Shown: positions 39,286 to 60,788, counted from the stretch's first letter. The stretch is DNA of 64,000 bases from Eimeria praecox (GCA_963920595.1 OY986946.1:6696001-6760000); one strand, 5' to 3'. Made by a program: numbers and translations. The notes: generated by a model not told the origin, from the letters alone.

Positions 39286-40286
39286 GGATATGCCATTCAG
39301 AACTAGCTGCGCTGTACAAATAGCTACGTTGTAGCCCCTAACAAGCCACTGCGCGCCACCCCCTCCGCCCAGCTGCGTCGAGCACGCTTGGATGCTGAAG
39401 GGGATTTCAGCTGCTTCTTACGAATTCTTCTTTCAAGTATTTGGCTTTGTTGCAGCTCGTGAAGATCTGCGGCTAAGATCGAGAACACTTGTTTCAGCTT
39501 TGCTGCATGCGCTAACGTTGTACACTGTTGTGTAAACAGCGATTTAATACTAACTTGGCCGTCCATAGGTAGCCCGTAACTAAGGAGAGAAGCAACTACC
39601 AACATCCTACAGACCATGGCACAGCCAGGGACCCTGATTGGCAGTGGCAAGGGTGATATTCCGCCAATCTGCAAACTGGGAAGGGAGATCAGATATCTTT
39701 TCGTTGAGAAAGCGAAGACTTCCGCTGGTGGGGGTTAACCTTTTCGTTTATTTGATTTATTTAGTGCCTAGATGAGGGAATAGCGTCATCCTGATTAGCA
39801 AGAAAGATACATGTAGGAGCCAATCTATGTTCTGCTCTTAACATTCGGCACTACACACGGGCTTATCCAGCCCCAATGCTGCCAGCAGTGTCTTGTTCGT
39901 TCTATGTAGCGGTCACCTGGTGGATAGTTAGGTATTTGAGCTCGTTTCTACTTCAAGTTGTTTTTTCATTATTATTTTCTATATCTGCTTCGAGTTCCAT
40001 GCCTATTGCATAGCGCGGCACTAAAGTTGCTGTCTCACCGAGGGGTGCCACCAGGTGCCGAGACAGCTGAGGACGACGGCCTCTTCTGTTCATTATTATT
40101 TGTTAGCTGTTTATTGAGGCTTTGGGAATTTCTGTAGGACTGCACTTTACGCAGACGGAGGGCCAAGAAGTCGTGGGCCCCACCACGACCTCCGTGCGGC
40201 CGCTGTTACTGGCACGTTGGCGTTCAGGTTTGAGGGTTTGTTTCTTCGTTTGAACTTGTTGTTCTGTGTCTCTCCCGACACATTCA

Positions 40287-41455
40287 ATGAGGGCTTTCAA
40301 AAGGATTCGCGGCTCGCCTTCGGTGCGGGCTGCTGCCCCCTTCATCTTGGCGTTAGCTTTCTTCGTTCACGCGGCATCAGCGGCCTACTTCTACGTGCAG
40401 GAATCTCAAGATAAATGTTTCATAGAGAGCGTACCAACGGGTGTAGCACTAACTGCTTCATACAAGAACCATGAAAATCCTGGTAAGTAGCAGTTTCGCT
40501 GTCGTCTAACCTACAGTTGCGCGATGCCTGCTGGCTGTTCTGGCGGAGTTTGTTGACTTCCATACGAAGACAGAGGGTTTGAATTGCTCGATAGACTTGC
40601 TTAGATCTTTATATTTGTTTATGGATTGGCTTGTATCATGTGTTTGATGTGCTGTTTAGGAGTAACCTGCAGCATTATCTTCAAGGACCCTACTGGCCGC
40701 AGCGCGTACAGCAGAGAGGTGCTGCCGGCAGACGTGGAGGGGAAGGTTACTCACATGACAACAACAACGGGGGAGTATCAGGTTTGTATTTCCTGTGCAT
40801 CTTCAAAGTGGTTCAACACCCAACTTCTGAAATGGTCGCTTTCCATAGAATTGGGGGATACTGACATCAACATCGATGTAAGCTTAACACTATCACCCTT
40901 AACACGATCCTCCAAACATACCCAAAATACAATAATATGGGTGAGAGGCTTATATCTATTTATCGTTTTGCCTCTCTCATTAAATGGATGCTCGCAGGAC
41001 CTCGCGAAGAAGGATCACGTGAACAGCGTTCATCTAAAACTTCAAGCCATTGCTAGGCGAGTGGAGGCGATGCAGGCAGAGAACGACTATGAAAGAGTGC
41101 AGGTGTGTTTGATTTGCATGCATATGTATTACTTTAAGGGACTACAAATTCAAGCCACGGGGGAGGCCGGGTGCCGGGGTTGGCCGCGGGGGGAAGGAAG
41201 AACGGGGGGGGGGAGGGGGGGGGAGGGTTAGTTAGTAGCCCCGTGAGGAGCCGAGTTTTTCTTTTGAACATGCATGGATGTCGTGTGTTGTGTTTGTGTT
41301 GTTGTGTTCAGGAGGAGAGATTCCAAAGGACAAGCGAAGCTATCAACAGTCGCGTTGTTTGGTTTTCTGTATTGCAGCTGTTGCTGCTGTGTGCATGCAC
41401 TCTAGTCAGCATCTTCTACTTAGTGCGATACTTCCACGCACACAAAATCATCTGA
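40287..41455 (+). CDS. p24/emp24/gp25L (TMED) GOLD-domain cargo receptor, 4 exons, about 220 aa
   Basis: Exons 40287-40482, 40660-40877, 40998-41102 and 41312-41455 join in frame. Signal peptide, KCFIE, GEYQVCI, coiled coil, EERFQRTSEAINSRVVWFS, a TM helix and the tail RYFHAHKII. Confidence 0.93.
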
Positions 41456-42405
41456 GACACAGACAACGACAAGAGAACCGAAGGGAGGGCCGCCTTCTTT
41501 GTAGATCTTGCTGTGTCTGTATTTTCTTTGGATCTTCTGAATGTATTCTGTCAGAGTCAGAAGACGGCAGCAGCAATAGGATGTGTTGATGTCGGGCATG
41601 AACACATGAACAGTAACTGCAGCGACGGTGGTTGCGTTGCTATTCCGTACGGGGAGTGAGGTTGATAATGCGCTAGAAACACAGCGAGAAACAACAAACA
41701 GACTTAAAACATCTCGCTTACTCTGTAATAGAACGAAGAGGATTCGTAAAGGAGGCGATGCAGGAAAATTTGAGAGGCAGCACCCACATGCAAAGCCAGT
41801 AGAGTAACACATAATCTGTGTTTCTCTTTCTTTCGGGGGTATTATCGCATGCAAGAGGCTGCTGCTGCTTGTGAAGGGCAGCACAAGACTGAGGCTCATT
41901 TAATAGAATAAAAACAGCCGCATACAGATCATGTTTACAATGTGGAGGAGTTCGTGAAGAGAGCCAAAAGAAGAAAAACCCGAGAAAGCAGAAGAATATA
42001 CACGAATCTCCCGGCGAGATAATACCATTTGGGGTTGGAGTCGGCCACTGTGTAATCATATAATCATATACCCCTCAGTGCATGCAGTATATGTGGAGAG
42101 GATTAGTACAAGTGCCTCTCAGAAGAAGAAGGGCATTTCTTCTATTTCTTCTATTCGGCTGTTGGCTGCTGCCGGAAGAACGCTGCTGTATTCATTTTCT
42201 GTCTTGAACTGACATGAAACAGTATGCGGAACACCACAAACAGCAGCACTTTATTATTATTTGTTTCTCTACAGATCTAGCAACAGAACACCAGTCATAT
42301 GGGTTTCATAGAGCTATGTACTTCCTCTACTTCCTCTTCTAAACACTAAACAGAAAGAAAGTGGGATAGCCAATGAATTAAGGGGTTCTTAAACGATCAT
42401 GCGAG

Positions 42406-42407
<2 letters not shown>

Positions 42408-42484
<77 letters not shown>
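42408..42484. repeat. (TA)n microsatellite
   Basis: Seen directly. Confidence 0.95.
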
Positions 42485-42488
<4 letters not shown>

Positions 42489-42963
42489 ACGAGCAGCAGC
42501 CCACTCATAATAATGCTTTGCGATCTAGAATAAAGATAGTTAAGAAACAGCAGGTTTTCTCCTTGGGTGGTGCTATTCTATTCCCCCGAGTTTGTGGACT
42601 TCCTGTATATAATAATAATTTAATAATAATAAACACAGACACCGAAATACCCTTGAAACACACTTCTTCTTCTCCCCTAATATCGGATCGGAAAGGCGTT
42701 AGACTCTGTCGGCCTCCGTCTTTCTTTTCTAGCATATCATCATCACACCTCAGAGTAACATGTCTAGCAAGAGCAAACATGAACGCAATTCCTCCTACAA
42801 GCAACTACACCAAATAAACAAAATTGAGGTAGTCAAACGCCACACACAAACGCTCTCAAGGGACAGATACAGTTCTGATGCTCCTTGCTACTCCGTTTGA
42901 GCCCTCTAACCTCTACATCGGGCGATTCAATCGAAGAAACTCGGAATAAGGCCTTCAATGCCC

Positions 42964-43304
<341 letters not shown>

Positions 43305-43662
43305 ACTGTATAGAGAACCATATGCATGCGTGCGCCCATCACAATCTCTTAAGGCGATTCTGATGAAACAAACACCGGAGATAATTTGTCTGCTGCGAGA
43401 GAAGTCGAGTTTACGATTATCCTACATCTCCGGTGTACCTACACCAGGGCCCCCGAGACATTGGGGGTATATAATTGCACTCTTCCATTAGATTTAGGTT
43501 TTTAAAAGAGGCGGTTATATTGCTGTTGCATGATCTGTCGTAAATGGGTGGTGTTCTGTGTATATACACTAGAAAACAAAAACTTAAATACTGAGGGGTG
43601 AGGATTGTCTCTAGTGTAGATACATCTAACAACTGTGCTCTTGATTATGTTGGGGTACCTTC

Positions 43663-44049
43663 CAGCAGCAGCAGCAGCAGCAGCTGCTGCTGCTGCAGCA
43701 GCAGCAGCAGCAGGTGTTGCTGCTGCAGCAGCAGCAGCAGCAGCAGGTGTTGCTGCTGTTTTTCTTTGAGGATCTGTCTTAATCTCCTTCCCGCATGATA
43801 GTCAGCCCCCGCCAGGTCTTTGTGTTGTTGAGCTCAGCATGCAAGAATGAAAGAGACAGGCTGTAGCTGCTGTAGCTGCTGTAGCTGCTGTAGCTGCTGT
43901 AGTTGCTCTTTTATGTTGTTAGGGAGTGCCTCTAGCTACTCTATCAGCATACTACTCTTATGTGTTATATTATACAACAACTGATGACGGGTTGTACAGG
44001 ATACAGGTTATATACAACTCAGCCTATCTTGTGCTGCAGCCCCTGTGTC

Positions 44050-44099
<50 letters not shown>

Positions 44100-44140
44100 T
44101 GCTGCTGCTGCTGCAGCTGCTGCTGCTGCTGGTGCTGCTG
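43663..44140. repeat. CAG/CTG arrays and a 9-nt (GCTGTAGCT)n array
   Basis: CAG runs abut CTG runs at 43663-43758 and 44051-44140. The 9-mer array is at 43860-43902. Confidence 0.85.
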
Positions 44141-44938
44141 TAGGTACAAGGAAACAGCCAACTCCAGCCCCATAAAGATGCATGCAGGTATACAACATAC
44201 AATTAATGATAAGAGATTATGGGTTGATGGAAGCCATCAACATCCAAGACAGATAATCAAGATGAAGGCCGTCAGAGGTATCGAGGCTGAGCATGAGATG
44301 CAAACAACTATCATCGAATGCCTCCAAATACAACAATTCTAAGCTAAATAAAACAATAATTTTTAGGAATGAATATAATTATTTAATACAATAAATAAAA
44401 TACAGCAGAAAACAACAAAGCCGACAGAATAAGCATAAGCAGAAGATAGCCGAAGAAGGCGCGATGTAGCTACGAAAGCCTCAGCAGGCTTACAGATATA
44501 AACTCAGATATATAAACAAAATATAACACTCAACTTAATTGTTTATTATTCCAAATATATAATAAAAAAAACAAACTGAATAGTAGAGAAGACAGAGAGA
44601 GAGAGAGAGAAAGAGAGAGAGCGACTCGCCTGGGGGCCCCCCCCCCCCCCCCCCCCTGCCACGCTCTGTGTTGTCTTTAGATTAATGCAATAATAAATTA
44701 TATTTGTGTATGTTTTGTATATTTATTTCTTATTCATTTCCTCATTTCATATTTGTAATTACTTTCTTCTGTCCCCGCTGCAGCTGCATGAGAGCGCCGG
44801 CACGTGCTGCTGTCGTCGAGTGTAGCATGAGTTTGCGGTGTATGTACATCATTGTATAATCTACGAATTGTTTGTTTTCTCCTCATTTATGGTTTTATAA
44901 TTTAATATATTCAATCTACTCTACGCAATGGATCGAAG

Positions 44939-46220
44939 ATGCCTCCTCCCTGTATCTGTCTGTTTCAGCCACGGCTGTTATTCCCTTATGATGATTACCG
45001 GGGCCCCCTTCGTTCTGTAGCATTAATATGTTTAGGATTATGTTTAGAGGTGTTTTGTTTATTTCTATGTTATCTTTGGGGTGTAGTGTGCATACACCGG
45101 AATGCCCCTCTGGACCATTGGGCTTTCTTACCCCTACCACTTGTTTTATTTGATGTACTTGTACTTTCTACGGGGCTTTCGCGTTTCATACAATCTTATG
45201 CTTGGCTTCTTCCTTCAGAGAAGAGTTTGCGTGTTATTCTATTGTTGGGTTTATTCTATCGTATTCTTCTCTCTATCTTATTCTCTCTACATACAATTAA
45301 TCTTATACCTTTAGGGGTCTTGGTAGGGGTTGCCCTTGCAAGCTACACCTCAGGAATGCTCTTGAATCTATATAGAAATGATGCATACACCTGGGCTCGT
45401 CTACAATGCTGGGACTTGGTGGTGTTGTTACAGCTGGGGACTCTATGGCTTCGTGAGGCCTCCTCCTCCTCCTTCTTCGCTTTCTCTAAATCTATATCTT
45501 CTCTCTTCTCTCACTCTTTTATACTAATATGGCCTCTATGGATATTCGCTGCAGGCCACCTCTTCTGCTGCTTGCTGCTGGGGTTGCTGCTGCTGCGGGA
45601 TACGATGCTACAACAAAATACTATAACTCGTGTCTTAGTGCATGTATCTGAGTTGCATGCAGTGGCATTCTTGTTGTCAGTGGTTGCCTTCTCTCAGTGG
45701 ATGTCTGTACACCTGAATTCAAGATTTATTGTATTTGTCTCTTCTGGTGTTGCTTCTTTCTTTCTATTAATGTTATTTGCTGCATTCGTATCGATATGCT
45801 TCATGGCGAATCATAGTAGATCCTTTACAGATGATATAGAACAGAGACAGACACCTACTCAGGGCAGTCGTTATGTGCTGCCTTCTTCTTCTTCTTCAAC
45901 AGCAACAGCAACAGCAACAACAGCAGCAACAGCAGCAGCAGCAGCAGCTGTGGGGCCCCCCCTCATGTGTGATATGAAACTCACCTTAGAAAGAGTGAGC
46001 GAGCACTTCTATAGAATTGCAAGCCCTCTTGATGATTCTATCCAAACATCAACAGAACAAGAGAAGGGGGCCCCCTCCCCCCCCATCCATACACCTCAGG
46101 AGGGGCCCCCCACTGGGGGCCCCTGGCAGTTGTTGAATGGAGGTAATGCTGAAGAGAACAGAGAGAAGAGACGAGTCGACAACTCTCAAAATCAGCAACC
46201 TAGAGATATTACTGCAACAA

Positions 46221-46267
<47 letters not shown>

Positions 46268-46646
46268 AGAGCAGCAGCAACACCCGCAACAGCAGAAGCA
46301 GCAGCAGAAAATGTAGTTGATATGCAGCCCGAAGCAGCAGCAGCAACTGCTGCTGCTGCTCCTGCTGCTGCTGCTGCTGCTGCTGCTGGCGCACCCGACA
46401 GGACGCCGCAGCGGGAGGCCGAGCTGTGTATTATCTGCTGCAATACCGTAAGATATCTGGAGTGTATGTACACCTGAATAATGATTTACACATCTTTAAA
46501 TGTATTGCATGCATTGCAATGCCGTACAGAAGAAGAATGCACACATCTTGCGGTGTACATACACTTGAATTCGTAGGTATAACGAGAGCAAGTTGTATTT
46601 AAGCTACAACATAGAATCCGATAGAGAGGCATACATCGGCATGCTG

Positions 46647-46694
<48 letters not shown>

Positions 46695-47343
46695 TTATAA
46701 AGATCTGCATGCAGAGGGCGCATGCAAGGGTTTAAGAAGCTGAGGGTCTGTCTGCTATTAGAGTGTGTGAAGAGGGGGGAGATGCATGTTGGGGCTTTCT
46801 CTGGTGCATGCGCATGCAGATGGCGAGCGCTGTGATGCTCTTCTGCGGGCATGGAGGCCTCTGCTTCACGTGCGCTGAGACCTGCCTACACAGGTAACCT
46901 GCCGTCTAACGCTGCTGCTGCTGTTGCTGCTGCTGTTGCTGCTGCTGCTGTTGCTGCTGCTGCTGTTGCTGCTGCTGCTGTTGCTGCTGCTGTTGTTGCT
47001 GCTGCTGCTGTTGTTGCTGCTGCTGCTGCTGATGGCAGCACTGCTGCTGCACTTGGAGATACAATTCAATTGCGGTTGGTCTAAACGTTTCAAATCCATG
47101 GATAGTTGCATGCATGCATGCATGCATGCATGCATGAGTACATGCATGCATGCATGAGTGCATGCATGCGTGCATGCATGCATGCATGGGTGCATGCATG
47201 GGTGTGATGTTGCATGCAGGAGCGGCCTCTGTCCGACTTGTCGGTGCCCAGTTAAAGGTGTGTTGGAGTTGAAGGAAGGACAGGCGAACCAAAGGCTGCA
47301 GGGAGCGCAGCTAGAGGGAGTTGTGAGGGATGTTGCTAGCTGA
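44939..47343 (+). CDS. Multi-pass membrane protein with a C-terminal C3HC4 RING finger (putative E3 ligase), 3 exons, about 568 aa
   Basis: Exons 44939-46447, 46820-46893 and 47220-47343 give CIICCNT-MASAVMLFCGHGGLCFTCAETCLHRSGLCPTCRCPV. The N-terminal part has many hydrophobic segments and there are poly-Ala linkers. Confidence 0.82.
47107..47219. repeat. (TGCA)n array; other copies at 48022-48045, 48595-48684 and 51044-51082
   Basis: Tandem palindromic TGCATGCA. Confidence 0.9.
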
Positions 47344-47346
47344 ACG

Positions 47347-47398
<52 letters not shown>

Positions 47399-47655
47399 AC
47401 TTCTGCTGCAGCTTCCTTGTTTTGCAGAAGCTGCTGCACTATGGACAGCGCAGGCATCAGCAGCATGATGCTGGTTTCGTGCTGCTGCTGCTGCTGCTGC
47501 TGTCGCAGCACCTAGCGTAGCTGCTGCAGCAGCTCAACAGCAGCGAATGGGAGAGCAGCAGCAACGTATCTAAATGCATGCACTCTAGCATTAGCTGGCA
47601 TTTTCTGGGGCCAGCGAAGCTACGGTAGCAGCAGCAACAGCAGCAACTGCAGCGT

Positions 47656-47693
<38 letters not shown>

Positions 47694-48886
47694 CGATATC
47701 GTCTATGCAGCAATATACCCTAGACATATATGCTGCATGCATGGGCGGGGTTAGCAGCAAGTTGCATGCAAATGCATGCAACTAGGAGATTCTCACGTGG
47801 CCTCTGCTTTTGTAGGGGAGCCGAATATGTGTCTGTACAGCCGGATCAGGCAGCACACAGCCCGCATTGCAGCAAGTGCATGCGCAGTGCAGCAGCTACC
47901 TGCAGCAGAGTGTAGGCGTAGGTGTAGCCTGGGAGGCCAATAGTTGTATTGTTTTGAGCTTATTCAAATCTCAAACCACAGAACTGGGGTGAAGAAATTC
48001 CCGCTTAGATGATCCTGGGGCTGCATGCATGCATGCATGCATGCAGAGCTACATATGACATAGCTACCCCCTTGGGCCCCTTAGCGGCTGTGCCTGCATG
48101 CTGGTATTTGAGGTGTAGAGAAACCTATACACCCCGAAGCATGCATGCAAGGAAGACCTTCATCGGTGCAGCTTCGTGGGGTTGGCGGTTGCCTTAGTTT
48201 AGCTTCCAACCAACAGATCCAGTGTATGCACAGAGGGGTTTTGCGGCTGTTTCTCTCCTTCAGCGAAGGTGAATGGGGAGAGGAAGACATTCTCAGATGT
48301 TTGTAGACAGACTAGTACTATAAAGTGTATAGTGCAGTAGAAGCAGCAGAGTACACGAAGGAGAATCAGATCCAAAACCAAAAGGCGCATGCAACGTGTT
48401 CAGGAGAGAATAGAAACAAAAAGCCCCACACCTCGAAGTATACGACACTGGGCATGTAAGCAGGTGTATGTACACCCGAATAGTGTATTCAAACACTTCA
48501 GCTGAATATACTAAAATACGTTTGTTTAGATTCCGTAAGGCAGCTGACTTGCAACCTTTGATCTGCAGCGTCTGCAGTGTTTAAAAGCCCCACGCATGCA
48601 TGCATGCATGCATGCATGCATGCATTAAAAGCCCCACGCATGCACCCACGCATGCATGCATGCATGCATGCATGCATGCATGCAAGTTCCGAACTCTATG
48701 AGTATTCGACGGGCCGCGAAGACAGCCCCAAGCCAAATATTTCAAAGGCCAATTTTTATGTGCACTCAACTGGTTTCGCAGCAAAATCCAAGGGGCCCCC
48801 AAGGGGCCCCCAAGGGCCCCCCAAGGGCCCCCGAAAGAAATAATAGGGGGCCCCTGTGGGTTGTTCTTTTCTGTTGGTTGAGTCCC

Positions 48887-56639
<7,753 letters not shown>

Positions 56640-57370
56640 TGTGGCTGCTCTCCAGTGTATATACACTCCAAACCCTAAACCCTAAACCATTAAAGAGAAG
56701 CCTCGAGCACCCTGTTAGAAGACGGGCCCTCATGCAGCAGTCACAACTCCCCGGGATCCCGATGTAGGGTTTAGGGTTTAGGGTTTAGGGTTTAGGGTTT
56801 AGGGTTTAGGTCTCAAGCTCCAGGCGAATTGGTTTGTCTGCAGCAAATTAGAAGTCCCTCAATAATAATAAACAAACAAAATTAGGGTTTGTACGTAATC
56901 GGTTAGGGTTTATATATGCTAGGGTCTGATGCTGCTGCGGTGGGCCCCACCGCCGGGGCCCCTGAAACCCTAAACCCTAAACCCTAAACCCTAAACCCTA
57001 AACCCTAAATCCTTACTCAGCGAGACATTCAGAGGGCAAATTGCGTTTGTATTCAAGTATTTATAGATAAGGAATTAGGGGTTAGGGTTTAGGGTTTAGG
57101 GTTTAGGGTTTAGGGTTTAGTGTACACAGATAACTTGAGCAGCTCAACGCGCTGCTCGCGCGGTGTCGAGAGCAGTTATGAATAAACCCTTAAACCCTAA
57201 ACCCTAAACCCTAAACCCTAAACCCTAACCCTAAACGGTGGAGATTTTGAGGGTTTTACGAGGAAGTTTATCGTCAGCAAATTGGAAGGTTTAGGGTCTA
57301 GGGTTTAGGGTTTAGAGGCTAGGGTTTAGGGTTTAGGGTTTAGGGTTTAGGGTTTAGAGAGACGGGCCGG
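56640..57370. promoter_or_regulatory. Short divergent intergenic region (putative bidirectional promoter) with six alternating heptamer arrays
   Basis: Lies between the PPWD1 ATG (56639, -) and the HIBCH ATG (57371, +). Arrays at 56670-56688 (C), 56766-56810 (G), 56965-57009 (C), 57076-57120 (G), 57184-57235 (C) and 57288-57355 (G). Confidence 0.55.
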
Positions 57371-57471
57371 ATGAAAGCCCTACGTGGCGCATTCAGGGCC
57401 CAAACCTGCGGGCGCCTTGGCGGCCTCTGGGGGGTCTCACGTCCCGCAGCTATGCCGCAGCAGCAGCAGCT

Positions 57472-57503
<32 letters not shown>

Positions 57504-57666
57504 TGCAGCAGCAGCAGCAGCAGCTGCAGCAGCAGCAAGAGTCGCAGCAGCAATCTTCTGCGTGGCTTTGTGCTGCTGGCCGTTGTATGAGTTTCGCTAG
57601 TGGCGACAACAGCAGCAATCCACCGACCTTCACCAACAGCAGCAGCAACAGCAGCAGTAGCAGCAA

Positions 57667-57734
<68 letters not shown>

Positions 57735-58362
57735 ACAGCAGCAGGAGCAGCAGGTCCTACACGCTGGCAGATGGCGCGTTACTAGTTCAAGAGCATGAGG
57801 GGCCCTGTGGGGCCCCGGGTGTATTGACAGTATCTTTGAACAGACCCCGGCGTCTGAATGCTCTCTCCCTGCTGCTGCTGCAGCAGCTGCAGCAGCTGCT
57901 GCTCTCCTTCGAGAGACAAACAGCAGCAAAGGGCGTCGTCATCCTCAGAGGAGAAGGAGGAACTGCTTTCTGTGCGGGTGAGCTAGGCTGTATGTACACC
58001 TGAATCCTTAATTATACAGCAGCAGCAGCAGCAGCAGCAGCAACAGTAGCAACAGTCGCAGCAGCAGCAGCAGCAGCAACAGTCGCAGCAGCAGCAGCAG
58101 CAAATGTAGCTGAGGCTGAGGCAGCAGCCACAGCACAGAGAATGCTTCGGAAACCCGAAGAGCATCTGCAGCAGCAACAGCAACAGCAGCAGCAGCAGCA
58201 GCAGCATCAACAGCATCAGCAGCAGCAGCAGCATCAACAGCATCAGCAGCAGCAGCAACAGCAGCAGCAACTACCCAATGGAGTTTGAAGGAAGGATTTC
58301 ATGTATATCATTGATTTGTTCTGTGTCTTTTCTTTTGCTGCTGCTGCTGCTGCTGCTGCTGC

Positions 58363-58398
<36 letters not shown>

Positions 58399-58959
58399 TG
58401 GGTGTGTTGAGGTGTATGTACAGGTGGCGACATACGAGAGATTGCTGCTGGGGATTTAGAAGAAGTCATATCATTTTTTTCTGTTGAATATTCGCTTGAT
58501 TTGTATTTAGCACAACAAACAGGACCAACAGTTATTGCTGTCTGGGACGGCATCGTCTTCGGTAAACCCTAAACCCTAAACCCTAAACCCTAGACCCTAA
58601 ACCCTAGTCCTATAAACCCTAAACCCTAATCCGTAAACCCTAAACCCTAAAGCCACTAAATCTGCGCCATAGCAAAGAGCAATAGCAACACAGGCGACTG
58701 CTGCAGCACCGCAGCAGCAACACTAACACTACCACCAACTGCTACAGCAGCAACAGCAGCAGCAGCAACAGTAGCAGCAGCCCTAACAATAGCAGCAGCA
58801 GTAGCAGCAGGAGCAGCAGCAGCAGGAGCAGCAGCAGCAGGTTTGAGCTCTGAATGCTGCTGCAGGTGGCGGCGTCGGTCTGACTGTACATGGGGGTCTT
58901 CGCGTATGTACAGAGAAGACACGGTTCTCAATGCCAGAGGTGCTGCTGCTGCTGCTGCT

Positions 58960-58991
<32 letters not shown>

Positions 58992-59612
58992 GGTAGCTCC
59001 CTTTTGTTTTGCTGCTGCTTGTGATGCCTCGCCTCCTGCTGCTGCTGCAGCAGCAACAACAACAGATGAGTAGTTGCTTCTTTCGCGCTGCATTTCCCTC
59101 CATGTTTCTGACTGCCCTTCCTGCTGCTGCTGCTGCTGCCTCTGCTGCTGCTGCTGCTGCCTTTGCTGCTGCTGCTGCTGCTGCTGCTCAGGTGCATATA
59201 GGGTTAATCCCCGACGCGGGTATGACTCAAGGGTTTGCTGATATTCGCCCGAGAGGCCTCGGATTGTTCTTGGCTCTCACGGGCGACAGACTTACTGCAG
59301 CAGATCTCATGCACACTGGTTAGATGCAACTCCTCCTCCTGCTGCTGCTGCTGCTGCTCGTGCTGCTGCTGCTGGGGATGCTGCTGCTGCTGGGGATGCT
59401 GCTGCTGCTGGGGATGCTGATCGTGCTGCTGGGGCTGTTGCTCGTGCTGCTGGGGATGCTGCTGCTGCTGGGGATGCTGCTCGTGCTGCTGGGGATGCTG
59501 CTCGTGCTGCTGGGGATGCTGCTCGTGCTGCTGGGGCTGCTGATCGTGCTCCTGCTGCTGCTGCTGCTGCTCGTGGTGGTGCTGCTGATTGTACTCGTGC
59601 TGCTGCTGATCG

Positions 59613-59643
<31 letters not shown>

Positions 59644-59708
59644 GGTTGTTGCTGCTATTGATGCTGAGTCGAATTTGACTTGGGGTGTGGGGGCTTCTTT
59701 GCTGCTCC

Positions 59709-59754
<46 letters not shown>

Positions 59755-60621
59755 GCTGGTTGTTGCTGCTGTTGCTGCTGCTCAGGGCTCGCAACGCATT
59801 ATCTACCGTCGGCTCGGCTTCCCGAAGCTCTTGCCCGCCTACAAGAAGTGCGAGCTCTAAACCCTAAACCCTAAACCCTAAACCCTAAACCCTAAATACG
59901 AAGCCACGGTCTTTGAATCTAAACCCTAAACCCTAAACCCTAAACCCTCATCAGGAAATCGTTTGCTAGGAAGTTGAATGCAGAGGGGCGAATAGCTGCT
60001 CCCCCAAGGACTTCCTATATTGATGCAGCAGAAACATGTAGGGTTTAGGGTTTAGGGTTTAGGGTTTAGGGTTTAGGGTTTAGGGTTTAGGGTGGTGGGG
60101 TTTGTTTAGGGGCCGCCTCCCCACGCCGACCCCAAGTCGTGGGCCTCCCAAATCCTCGAGACAATTCGCAAGGGGGGCCCCCAGGGGCCCCCCTCAAACC
60201 CTCCAGAAGCAGATAAGCTGCTGCAACCTGAAATGCTGCAGTTCTTAGAGAAGTATTTTGCTAAGGCAGAGTCGCTCCAGGTAAGGGTTTAGGGTTTAGG
60301 GTTTAGGGTTTAGGGTTTAGGGTTTAGGGTTTAGGGTTTAGGGTTTAGAGACAGTTAGGGGGGCGTAGCGATTTGTGATTCGGTTCTAGGGCCTTGTAAC
60401 GGCCGAAGACAAGACTGTACAGCTGAGGGTTTAGGGTCTAGGGTTTAGGGTTTAGGGTTTAGGGTTTAGGGTTTAGGGTTTGTGTACAGAGCCTTGTTGC
60501 TGCGTTGAAAGAGAATGCGAGTTGCTGCAGTTTGTGCTGCAAAACCCTCGAGAAGATTCAGCGAGCTTCTCCTCTGTCGTTGGCTGTCTCCTTTAAGGCA
60601 ATTAGAGACAGAGAGAAGGCC

Positions 60622-60671
<50 letters not shown>

Positions 60672-60788
60672 TAGAGCAGCAGCAACAACAACAGCAGCAG
60701 GAGAATCAACAACACCAGAAGCAACAGCAGCGACAACAGCAGGAGATGCAGCTGCTTCGGAGGCCTTGGAGGGGGCGTCAGCGACAGG

